Positions 1 to 11,385 of a DNA stretch of 64,000 nucleotides are shown piece by piece. The translations under genes were made by a program, and so were the position numbers. The stretch is from the NCBI RefSeq assembly GCF_001194135.2, contig NC_068992.1, forward strand, positions 65,607,413 to 65,671,412. The letters are read 5' to 3'. This DNA is from Octopus bimaculoides. Its lineage: Eukaryota. The notes below the pieces were generated by a model. It was not told where the DNA came from. It searched no databases and saw nothing but the letters and a program-made list of their open reading frames with translations. Position 1 is the first letter of the stretch. Each line of letters begins with the position of its first letter.

Positions 1-350
1 ATATATATATGCATATATATATATATGTGTGTGTGAGTGTGTGAATGTATATTTATGTGTTTTGATGAATGTACGCATAAATACAAATATACGTATGTAT
101 ATATTCATTCGATAGATCATATTCTAAGTCAACCTTGGCAGAATCTGTGGATATATATCTATAGATGTGTATGTGTGCGTTTGCAAGTGTGTGTGTGTGT
201 ATGCGTGTGTGTATGCGTGTGTGTGTGTGTGTTTGTGTGTGTATGTGTGCGTAAAATTTTGTTTGTAAACATTTGCTGAACAGATGTTTTAAGCAGAGAT
301 TTCAGTAACTAAATTATCACACTCACATACACACACACGCACCCGTCCAT

Positions 351-400
<50 letters not shown>

Positions 401-1218
401 NNNNNNNNNNNNNNNNNNNNNNNNNNNNNNNNNNNNNNNNNNNNNNNNNNNNNNNNNNNNNNNNNNNNNNNNNNNNNNNNNNNNNNNNNNNNNNNNNNNN
501 NNNNNNNNNNNNNNNNNNNNNNNNNNNNNNNNNNNNNNNNNNNNNNNNNNNNNNNNNNNNNNNNNNNNNNNNNNNNNNNNNNNNNNNNNNNNNNNNNNNN
601 NNNNNNNNNNNNNNNNNNNNNNNNNNNNNNNNNNNNNNNNNNNNNNNNNNNNNNNNNNNNNNNNNNNNNNNNNNNNNNNNNNNNNNNNNNNNNTATATAT
701 ATATATACGCGTGAGTGTATGTGAACATGGTTGTGTGTATATGTACGTATGTATGTATAGATATGTATGTATGTACATATGTATGTATAGATATGTATGC
801 ATGTGTTACACCAATTTTCTAAAGTGATGAACAGTTGCATAAATTGACGTAATTACGTTCCTAATAATTTGTTCAGCGTCGAGATGAAAGTCGATAGACG
901 CATCTTCGTAGGAGATTGAAGCGATAAATGTAGGACACCTTTTTTCCTGCACTCTAGCAGATGTGCCGATTCTTCCCTAGATAACTAGAAGAGAAATCTC
1001 AACTTTTAAATACTGATACGTGTGCCAAAATCTGTAGATGCCATGATATAATGAATTTCTCTGAAGACGCCGTAAAAGCCGGTATGTGGTCTTATACTTA
1101 GAATTTATCTACTAATTTCCTTCCTCATGTGTGGTAGTCGAAGGCTTTCGTATTTTAATGGAGGACAAATGAGATGAAAGACGCCCGTTTCCTTTCTTTA
1201 TATTTTTTTTATCTTTTA

Positions 1219-1400
1219 TATCTTACTTGTGTCAGTTATCAGACCACGGCCGTGCTGGGTCACACAGCTTTGAAGAGTTTGTTTCTTCTTTAAGCTTGGT
1301 ACTTTTTCTATCCCTTTCTTATGCCGAACCGCCAAGTTACGGGGACGGAAACACGCAAACACCGGTTCGTAAGTGAGAGGCACACAAACACAAGACATGC
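1219..1400 (-). mobile_element. SINE family A, degenerate 3'/body fragment
   Basis: cttacttgtgtcagttatcagaccacggccgtgctgg...gccgaaccgccaagttacggggacg matches the copies at 3822 and 31501. Confidence 0.75.
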
Positions 1401-1548
1401 AAATACACACACAAAGAGAAAGAACGAGTAATAGCATAGTGTATATTTCTATCTTTTACTGATGCACATCGACAGACTAAGTGCAATCTCTTCCCATGTC
1501 TCCCCTTTTCCCAACCCCACCTCATATATATCTACATCTATATCTATA

Positions 1549-1579
<31 letters not shown>

Positions 1580-1639
1580 GTATATATAGTTAATCCCAAA
1601 ACAACGATGAAAAAACGCAAGAAAAAGCAACTACGCTAG

Positions 1640-1800
1640 GATATGATACAGGGAAGGAAAGAAAGGGTGGTTGTTTTACGTTTCGAGCAAAGATCTTCTT
1701 CAGAAACAGCAAGCAGCGGAAGGTCCAAGAGAAAAGGAAGACAGAGGGAAAAAATCGCCAGCGATCCACATGTAGTTATATTTGGAATTGTACATAATAC
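1640..1800 (-). mobile_element. Short Penelope-like non-autonomous element, family H1 (hammerhead-bearing), copy 1
   Basis: Homologous to 45085-45215 (shared ttttacgtttc(g/a)agcaaag..cttcttcagaaacag...gtccaagagaaaagg...cgatccacatgtagtta). Contains the hammerhead-like motif at 1673-1707. The Penelope assignment is inferred from that motif. Confidence 0.6.
1673..1707 (-). ncRNA. Minimal type-I hammerhead ribozyme-like motif (intact core)
   Basis: Minus strand reads GUUU-CUGAAGA-A-GAUC UUU GCUC-GAAA-C-GU-A-AAAC: stem I GUUU/AAAC, core CUGANGA and GAAA, extra A after A9, stem II with one U-C mismatch, palindromic ACGU stem III, GUA cleavage triplet. Confidence 0.6.
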
Positions 1801-1824
1801 AGATGTATACACATATAAAGCGTC

Positions 1825-2010
1825 GCTTGAAAACCGATGCTTGTGTGTTTATGTTCCCGTAACTTAGCGGTTCGGCATAAGTGACCGATAGAATAGGTAG
1901 TAGGCTTACAAATAATAAATCCTCAGATCGATTTGTTCAGCTAAAGGCAGTGCACCAGCATGGCCGCAGTCAAATGACTGAAACAAGTGGAAAAAAATAA
2001 GAGAATAAAG
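1825..2010 (+). mobile_element. SINE family A, 3' half
   Basis: aacttagcggttcggcataag...ccagcatggccgcagtcaaatgactgaaacaagt followed by an A-rich tail; same sequence as the end of 44674-44929. Confidence 0.85.
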
Positions 2011-2874
2011 GATAAATGAAAAAATTCTCCAATTATTTTGCGGAAGTCATGAAAGCCCCACATTTCGTTATTTCTTACTGAAGATAGACACAACGCCCGA
2101 CATGAAGACCTCATGACTAGCTTCATATTTTTTGAGAAAGAATACAAACCATTAACATCACATTCCTGGAGTATACAGCTCAATAGAAAGGTTAAAATAA
2201 TAATAAAAAAACTACAATTTTCGCCATTCCAATGTGAATTTCATATTCTTCGCATCAGGAAAGTTTATAAAATAAATAAGGATACCGGAGTCGCTGACTC
2301 TCCCCTAAAGACATATTTCAAACCGTTGTATGCAATGGTAAATAACTTAAATAAACTCACACGAAATAAACAATTCAAATTATAGTTTCTATTCACCTAA
2401 TGTTAAAATATCCAATATACAAAGCCAGAAATATAAATATGCTCTGTGTTGTTAAAATATAAACAGATATGTTTATGTCTATCGCCTGTTTATATCGTAT
2501 GTGTCTGCATTTATTTTTTTTCTTAATACGGCTCATATGTTTTAAACAAATATTAGTTTCTGCTTACCTGGATTGTCAAGATAAAGCTACAATATAGTAA
2601 ATAAGATGTCGTGTGTTGGAAAATAGCACGAAAATAAATATATACAATGAAACAAAAAAAGAAGCAGAAGAGAAAATATTTGCAAAGAAACGATGAAAAT
2701 ATTCATTTAAGAAAATGAGAAATTCTTTCTGGAATATATAGAGGTGTATCTGTGTGTCTGTTTGTGTATGTGTATATGCTTATGTATATATGTACGCACA
2801 CACAAACATATGTATATTCACCGATACACACATTTACACATACATCTATTTACACAGATATAAATATCCATTTA

Positions 2875-2928
<54 letters not shown>

Positions 2929-3493
2929 TTATACATAGATAGATAGATAAATAGATACATAAGTAGATATATGTGTGTCTGTAGATAAACATATAAATGT
3001 GTACATATATGTATTATCTATTATATACGCATAGACGTATAAACTCAAGCAAACATTGTATATACATATATATATGTACACACACGTATTGATATGTGTG
3101 TGTGTGTGTGTGTGTATGTGTGCGTGTTTATATATGTATGCGTATATGTATCTATATATGTATGTGTGTCTGTATGTATGTATATAGAAATATATGCATG
3201 TTGATAACAGTTGTATGAAAAATAAAAACTTATTATTTATAAAGCAAATACGTATATTTTTGACTGTTTCGCAAATTGTATCAGTGTGTAGCAATCAAAT
3301 TATGGCAGGAAATTAAAAATTTTCTTTGAATAGCGCTTAGATGTGATTCCCAGAATATTTGCATGTCATCACGCGAAAGAGAATGGAAAAGATTTCATTT
3401 TTATGATTAGTGTAGCCTGAAATATACCTCCTGAAGTTGACTTTCTGTGAAACGTAAATCAATGAAGGGCAAGAAATATTGACATCACTTAAC

Positions 3494-3622
<129 letters not shown>

Positions 3623-3710
3623 CCTTTCTATCTCTCTCGCTGTCTGTACACATATATACATGTACATACATACATACATACATACACACTCGTATATATA
3701 TGTGTATACC

Positions 3711-3770
3711 TGAGACCCCCTTCGGTCATGACTGACTACGGGATTGCCCCTAGAAAGTTACCCTCACGTG
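3711..3770 (-). mobile_element. SINE family C, 3' tail fragment
   Basis: tgagacccccttcggtcatg...gattgcccctagaaagttaccctc is the reverse complement of the tail of the 12395-12724 copy. Confidence 0.8.
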
Positions 3771-3821
3771 AATACATACATACATACATACATACATACA
3801 TACATACGCATATAGAATATT

Positions 3822-3962
3822 CTTTTATTCTTTTATTTGTTTCAGTCATTTGACTGCGGCCATGCTGGAGCACCACATTTAGTCGAACAAATCGACTCCA
3901 GTACTTATTCTTTGTAAGCCTAGTTCTTATTCTATCGGTCTCTTTATGCCGAACCACTAAAT
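3822..3962 (-). mobile_element. SINE family A, 3' half
   Basis: cttttatttgtttcagtcatttgactgcggccatgctggagcacc...gccgaaccactaa is the reverse complement of the 1860-2000 sequence. Confidence 0.88.
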
Positions 3963-5609
3963 TGCATTTTCAAACCTCCTTTTATATATATTTCCACTCG
4001 TGCGGTACCTTACAAATTTACTTTGTTATATATATAGATATATATAATAGAAATATGTTACAGAAAGAAAATAGAAACTACACGTGGAAATGTAATGGGA
4101 AAGTAAGAAGAAAAGAAAGCGAAAATGCACATTGGAAATCAAAAAAGTAAAAGCTTTTTATGAAAAGTAACGAGAGATATATACAATTAGATGAACTGAG
4201 GTAGGAATAAAAGTAATAGAAGTCATTATTGTGAATTGTTAAAGAGATTCAAAGGCATACTGGTTTCGTAAATTACTGTTCACTGGTTTTGAATGCGCAC
4301 CGATTACCGAACGGTGTCAGGTCCACTAGTCCCTGAGTAGAAAGATTATGTGTAAGGGAGTTAAGTAGTTCTGGATTTGCTGCAATTAGGATAAATATAA
4401 CATTGTAATGTGAATGGTGTATGGGATGTATGGGGTTTGTGGTATTAATTCAAAGGTTAGTAGTATTCTGTATTATGTTATGTGTTCATATATATATATA
4501 TATATATANNNNNNNNNNNNNNNNNNNNNNNNNNNNNNNNNNNNNNNNNNNNNNNNNNNNNNNNNNNNNNNNNNNNNNNNNNNNNNNNNNNNNNNNNNNN
4601 NNNNNNNNNNNNNNNNNNNNNNNNNNNNNNNNNNNNNNNNNNNNNNNNNNNNNNNNNNNNNNNNNNNNNNNNNNNNNNNNNNNNNNNNNNNNNNNNNNNN
4701 NNNNNNNNNNNNNNNNNNNNNNNNNNNNNNNNNNNNNNNNNNNNNNNNNNNNNNNNNNNNNNNNNNNNNNNNNNNNNNNNNNNNNNNNNNNNNNNNNNNN
4801 NNNNNNNNNNNNNNNNNNNNNNNNNNNNNNNNNNNNNNNNNNNNNNNNNNNNNNNNNNNNNNNNNNNNNNNNNNNNNNNNNNNNNNNNNNNNNNNNNNNN
4901 NNNNNNNNNNNNNNNNNNNNNNNNNNNNNNNNNNNNNNNNNNNNNNNNNNNNNNNNNNNNNNNNNNNNNNNNNNNNNNNNNNNNNNNNNNNNNNNNNNNN
5001 NNNNNNNNNNNNNNNNNNNNNNNNNNNNNNNNNNNNNNNNNNNNNNNNNNNNNNNNNNNNNNNNNNNNNNNNNNNNNNNNNNNNNNNNNNNNNNNNNNNN
5101 NNNNNNNNNNNNNNNNNNNNNNNNNNNNNNNNNNNNNNNNNNNNNNNNNNNNNNNNNNNNNNNNNNNNNNNNNNNNNNNNNNNNNNNNNNNNNNNNNNNN
5201 NNNNNNNNNNNNNNNNNNNNNNNNNNNNNNNNNNNNNNNNNNNNNNNNNNNNNNNNNNNNNNNNNNNNNNNNNNNNNNNNNNNNNNNNNNNNNNNNNNNN
5301 NNNNNNNNNNNNNNNNNNNNNNNNNNNNNNNNNNNNNNNNNNNNNNNATATATATATATATATATAAATATGAAGGTAAATATAATATGGCAATTTAACT
5401 TAATTTAAAATAAATTTCCTGCTGGTCATAAGGAACCATATTTTCCGTAAGTGAGAACCATATTATTCTCATTATATTTCCATTATTCAAGACAAACATT
5501 TGACGTTAGACAAGTACGAAACAAACAATACGTTAGTAACACATATTAATGTTCTTTTCATGAATTCATATATACATATATCTGTATAAACACACTCACA
5601 GACAAACAA

Positions 5610-5696
<87 letters not shown>

Positions 5697-5902
5697 TAAT
5701 TTTTTCATTGACATAAAGAAATATATTTTGCTTCTTTTATTTTCTCTAAGATATTATCTCAACTGCAACGCCTCGTGATGACGGATTTTGTTATGCTGAT
5801 ATATATCTCACACAAGAAACAGAATATTCTAATACAAGTATGTGTGAGTATGCGAGTACACACACACATACACACAAACAGAGACATATATATATCTATA
5901 TC

Positions 5903-5957
<55 letters not shown>

Positions 5958-5959
<2 letters not shown>

Positions 5960-6020
5960 ATAGGCGGTACTCCAGCAGGGCCACAGTCAAATAACTGAAA
6001 GAAGTAAGAGAGTAAAAGAG
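5958..6020 (+). mobile_element. SINE family A, 3' tail fragment
   Basis: aggcggtactccagcagggccacagtcaaataactgaaagaagtaagagagtaaaagag. Confidence 0.75.
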
Positions 6021-6069
<49 letters not shown>

Positions 6070-6937
6070 ATATATACTTACATATATATATGGATATATA
6101 TATAATTGTGAATATATGCGTGTATATATGTGTTTGTGCATTAGTATATACATATATGTGTGTGTGTGCGAATACTGAGTTATATAATACAATATAACGT
6201 GCACATAAAGATGCACACATGAATAAATGCATGAATGCATATTACTTATACACATACACACACAAATATATACGTATATATATATATACATATATATGAT
6301 TGAATGTATGTATTTGTAACCATATGCATGCATTATTATATGTGTGCATATATATATATATGCACATCTGCGTTCACTACATATACATAAGCATATATGT
6401 TTGCTTTTGTATTTGTGTATATGTTGTAAATACATATATACACAAATGTATGTATGTATGTATGTATGTATGAGCGTACCTATTTTCCCTCTCTGCACAT
6501 AATAATTTTCCCTCTTTCCTCTTCGTGTACTCTCCTAGTTCTATCATAACTAAAACCATTTAATTTAATCGTCTTGTTTGCACTGTTTTATATTTTTATT
6601 CTGTCAATCCTTCTTTATTTCGAAATCCTCATTAATATATTAAGTTTCCTCGTCCGCTTAAATATAGAGCCACTATTTCCAACCCCTTCTCAATCTTATA
6701 TATCTCTCTTTCACCATCACTCTATGACTACCCATTAGAAAGAGACAGATATATTAGTAGTTATAAAGTAAGAAGTTATAAACTATAAATCTCTCTTTCT
6801 CTTTTACTCTCTTTCTACAACTACCTCTCTCTATATATTTCTCTCTCTTCTTGCTCACTATATCTGCTTATATATCTGTCTTTTTTTACCATCTATTCAT
6901 AAGAACGCATATATCTATCTCACTGTTTTTTCCCGCC

Positions 6938-6938
<1 letters not shown>

Positions 6939-7020
<82 letters not shown>
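6939..7020. repeat. (CT)n microsatellite, about 40 units
   Basis: Directly visible. Confidence 0.98.
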
Positions 7021-7027
<7 letters not shown>

Positions 7028-7460
7028 GTTATAAATTAAAGGGAGCTAACATCGTTTAGCTTCCACACACCTTCAATTACGTGAAACCAACTCAACGCTA
7101 AAATATAGCAAATCCTTTGAGACTCGCTATTATTATAATTCTCGTTGTTTTCTTCTTCTCCTCCTTCTTTCTGTATATTATCCAACGAGATTAATAATAA
7201 TTGCCTGAGAACGACAATATGAGGAGAAATATCGAACCTAAAAGAAAATAAATGTTCTCAAGAACATTTTATAGATTGCTTTCATTCAATTTCCTCTAAT
7301 TTAATTGCAATATTTTAATAAAATACCCGAATTTAACGTCTCCGTAATACTCAATTACAAGGAGTGTGGATATTAGAAAAAATATGATTAAATATGTAAA
7401 CTTCACGTTTGCGAAATTGTAAAAGTCGAAACATATCTTCGTAGACATGTATTGTATTCA

Positions 7461-7666
7461 TACGGGAGGAATTTGGGGTATAATTTGCATGTGCAGACAA
7501 TTTGTCGACAGACAATTCGTCGATTGGACAATAAGTATCAATCATGAAGTTTGTTTTTAAAAAATTTCGATATATTGTCTTTTCGGCAAATTATCCAATC
7601 GGTCAATTGTCCTGTCGGCCAATTATTTGTTGGTAAACTCTGTCGACGAATTGTCCGTCTACCGTA
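7461..7666. mobile_element. Fold-back / MITE-like element with inverted arrays of ~15-bp subrepeats
   Basis: Ends tacgg...ccgta. Left side gacaatttgtcgaca gacaattcgtcga ttggacaata; right side carries the inverse units (aattgtcctgtcggcc, tgtcgacgaattgtcc). Confidence 0.55.
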
Positions 7667-7990
7667 ATTCGTGCCCTCCAACAGATTGGAACTGATTTCT
7701 TGGATTAATACTGCATTTACAAGAGTATAGTTAGCAGATCTTTCTATGAGTCACCATTCCAATTATGATTTTATTTCTATTCAGTAGAAACCAGACAAAG
7801 TGCTTTACATGTTTATGCTTAAACCCTTTGCTCCATGTGCAACATGGATCATCGGCAACTTTTGTCCACACTTCTAGACGCTAGGCTCTCTTTTCTGCTT
7901 TCGTTCAGTTGGAAACCTGCTTCTTCGGCTCATCCTCAGCACCCCGACTCCAGCTATTTTGGGGGCGTTCACTCTTCCAATTCCTTTGTG

Positions 7991-8224
7991 AGTTCCAGGA
8001 TATCCAGAGCTTTGGTCATCTTTAAGACCCTCTCATCCCCTCCAAAATTCCGTTGCCCGCCTTTACACAGCTGATAAAACTGGAACATCTTCTAATGTAG
8101 CAACCATGTCTGTATATCTCATTAGGGGATAAACCCTTAAGCCACAACGATATGTAGCAACCATGTCCGCATATGTCATTAGGGGATAAACTCTTAAACC
8201 ACAACGATGCGAACTTTTGTCCAT
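7991..8224 (-). pseudogene. Mariner (Tc1/mariner) transposase N-terminal helix-turn-helix relic
   Basis: Minus strand translates MDKSSHRCG..., WLKGLSPNEIY, then after a frameshift DMVATLEDVPVLSAV*RRATEFWRG*EGLKDDQSSGYPGT. This aligns with the mariner N-terminus as I recall it (KGL.P..I..DMVATLGDDAP..STV.KWAAEF.RGRESLEDDPRSGRP). Two in-frame stops. Confidence 0.8.
8095..8208. repeat. 57-bp tandem duplication (2 copies) inside the mariner relic
   Basis: atgtagcaaccatgtc(t/c)g(t/c)atat(c/g)tcattaggggataaac(c/t)cttaa(g/a)ccacaacgat occurs at 8095 and 8152. Confidence 0.93.
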
Positions 8225-8496
8225 CTCCGAGAGACGTCGCTATCAGTTACTTCTGAAGTCACCTTGGAGCAGGTAGATGTTTACCTGAAAAAAAAACAAC
8301 CAAAAACAATGCAATTAATAATAAGCATAGCTGGAATTAATGCATGCAAGATTTTCCATCTCTAGTATCACTGGTTTATAGTCAGCATCTGAATTTTCAG
8401 CCCACCCTCATATGTTAGAAGATTCTGCAGAACTAAAAGTAACGAAGACATCAAGATACGCCTCAAATTGTATTATTCACAATGTTATATATACAG

Positions 8497-8531
<35 letters not shown>

Positions 8532-9241
8532 TATATATATGTATATATATATANNNNNNNNNNNNNNNNNNNNNNNNNNNNNNNNNNNNNNNNNNNNNNN
8601 NNNNNNNNNNNNNNNNNNNNNNNNNNNNNNNNNNNNNNNNNNNNNNNNNNNNNNNNNNNNNNNNNNNNNNNNNNNNNNNNNNNNNNNNNNNNNNNNNNNN
8701 NNNNNNNNNNNNNNNNNNNNNNNNNNNNNNNNNNNNNNNNNNNNNNNNNNNNNNNNNNNNNNNNNNNNNNNNNNNNNNNNNNNNNNNNNNNNNNNNNNNN
8801 NNNNNNNATATATACATATGCTTTTAGTAATATAACGATATTAAACAGGCTCTATTAATATCACATATTAAAGCCACAGTCACGATTCAAATACTTAATG
8901 CAAGAGACGGAAGTGTGAAGTCTCTTTATTAAAAATTAGTTTCTAAGTTTACTAGTCATGTTTCACCGTTAGTGGAAAGTAGTAACATTTCTATGATGGA
9001 CTCTCTCCTCTCCGAACGGTGGAAGTATTTCATAAAATTTGGTAGGTTTATATTTATACACATGATTATACGTGTGTGTGTATGCGTGTGTGTGCATGCG
9101 CCCGCGCGTGTGTACTATATTAAAATTATCCCCAATACATACATATATACATACATACATACACACATACACACACAAGTTTATACACGAGTACAGATAT
9201 ACGCCACTATTTACATTATGGTGAGTGAACCTGTAATATAT

Positions 9242-9482
9242 CATTACCTGCTCCAATCCATGGGTCATTTTCTGCGGTCGCAACGCTTCATCAAGCAAGA
9301 GTTCTTCCCCTTGAAAGACAACAGTTGTTATCAGCGAGTGTTCAAAGAAATAGCAGAAGGGTGTCTTCAGACGCTGCAACACAATGGCCTCTACTCTGAA
9401 TGCAAGGCTGCTTTTGTTATAACTTGATGAATAAAACAAATAAAGTTACGAAAACATTGCAGAACATTTAAGTGAACAGTAT
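9242..9482 (+). pseudogene. Mariner transposase C-terminal relic with probable right end
   Basis: HYLLQSMGHFLRSQRF-IKQEFFPLKDNSCYQRVFKEIAEGCLQTLQHNGLYSE resembles the mariner C-terminus after the YSPDLAPSD motif (DYHLFRSM.HFL.G.RF...EFF.SK...WY..GI..L.ERW......G.Y.E), with an internal deletion. It is followed by an A-rich 3' region and a TIR-like end. Confidence 0.7.
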
Positions 9483-10127
9483 ATTCATTAGGAATTAATA
9501 ACTTGTCTCTGTTTAAGAACCTTCGGCACTTTATAATACGTGGAAACATCGACAAGCTAATGAATTGACTGAGAGGAATAAAGTAAAGATCAAGCATATT
9601 ATAAGTATCGATAGCATTTGTGATAAACAAAGTATGTGATTGATCACTGGTTGTAGAAATGGATCATTTAGATTATTATTCATTGAAAGGATTTTGCGTT
9701 TGTGATCAATTTACATTTGGAAGTTACGACGGAGGTCCTTAATTGTATCAAGAGTAAATGATAAGATGGAGAATATCACATAAGGTTTTCAGACGATTTA
9801 CTCTTAGCTTCTCTGTAAAAACAAATAAGCCAAACTGACAAGGTGAAGATTTTTTGGGACAAAATGGCGGCGGCAGAATCAGAACAGCATTAAAAAATAT
9901 AAGAGACAAAACAAAAGACCCGTTAATTTATCACTTAAACATTAACCGAGTCTTTATCTGTCGCGTTGCTACTACTTAGCTGTTAAATCAATCATCTTCA
10001 TCATCAATCATTTTAAAATCCATTGACAGCGCGGAACACAAAAGGAATACAGAAGAGAAAACATTACAGAAAACAAACAAACGCTCCAATACACAGACAC
10101 ACATCATAAATATCATTATTATTACCT

Positions 10128-10136
10128 TTGTTGTTG

Positions 10137-10218
<82 letters not shown>

Positions 10219-10232
10219 CGTTATCATCAGCA
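10128..10232. repeat. (TTG)n(ATT)n trinucleotide microsatellite
   Basis: Directly visible. Confidence 0.97.
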
Positions 10233-10800
10233 TTTATCTGCAACATAAATCTCTTTGACATATTTTTTTTCCGCATTCAGAAAATTTAAAGATGCCTATA
10301 CATAGTAGAACCATGTATTTTTTTTTTTTTTTACCCTTTTTTTGGCTTTCTTTCCGAACCTGCCATCGATTCTAAATTTTCCTACCATTATTTTTCTTGT
10401 TTCTCCTTTCCTTTTCACTTGTTTATATTAGCTCTCTCGCGGTTCTGTTTGGTTTTTCTTCTTTTCCTTTTCGTTAATATAATAGATGTGCTCTTATTGT
10501 TATTGTTGTTCTTACTGTTGTTGTATTTTTAGTGTCTACCTGTGAAGTTCTGTGCTGAACTAAACATAACGAATAAGTGCTTATCTCACACTGGCCCCAC
10601 TAGAGTTAGACCAATATCGTTACAATCACCGTCGAGCAGTCACTCAAGAAAACCAAAACACCAGCAACTACAACGCAGCCGTCTCTAATCGCTACCACAA
10701 CAATCGCCATCACACACTGCTTCCGAAGTAGACAGTTTCCTTTCATCACAATTCTATCTTTTGTATTCTCAACACAGACAACAACCAACATGGACAAAAT

Positions 10801-10805
10801 AGTAA

Positions 10806-10870
<65 letters not shown>
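10801..10870. repeat. (AGT)n microsatellite
   Basis: Directly visible. Other (AGT)n tracts lie at 34560-34640, 52433-52560 and 57481-57546. Confidence 0.97.
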
Positions 10871-11124
10871 ATAATAATGTTGATGAGAATAAAATGACGT
10901 TTCACATTTATAGAGAAGCACTTACATCGTATCGTTTGGTTGTTTGTATATGCATGCATACATGTATGTGCGTGCGCGCGCGCGCGTGTGTGTGTACATA
11001 ATTATACAAGTATATAGACACATGCACAGATATATTTGTTCATATATATACATATCTACATACATATGTATATACATATATATAAATATATATACACACA
11101 AACATACATATATATATATAAAAG

Positions 11125-11385
11125 AATACAAAACATGGGACAAGAACGCGTCAGGCGACAACAAAACATCCAGACGATGTATACAAAAAAGGACAAGAAA
11201 AACAATGACGGGACATTCGGAGTTTTCTTTCGTCAGTCGAATTCGGGATTATGTTTGCAGGAACTCGAGTGACGAAAGAAAACTCCGAATGACCCGTCCT
11301 TGTTTTTTCATGTCCTTTTTTGTATCATCCAACTGTCTGGATGTTTTGTTGTCGCCTGACACGTTCTTGTCCCATGTTTTGTATT
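11125..11385. mobile_element. Palindromic MITE-like element, ~120-bp arms
   Basis: tacaaaacatgggacaagaacgcgtcaggcgacaacaaaacatccagac... pairs with ...gtctggatgttttgttgtcgcctgacacgttcttgtcccatgttttgta. Loop about 11245-11260; both ends in TA. Confidence 0.88.

Noticed and set aside
4240-4290. Hammerhead-like gta-att-tac-GAAAC-CAGUA on the minus strand; similar GAAAC contexts at about 37650 and 48355
   Set aside because: No recognisable CUGANGA at the correct spacing; too degenerate to call.
8090-8210. CRISPR-like or other repeat-spacer array
   Set aside because: Only a two-unit tandem duplication inside a mariner relic. No repeat-spacer structure exists anywhere in the window, and the context is eukaryotic.
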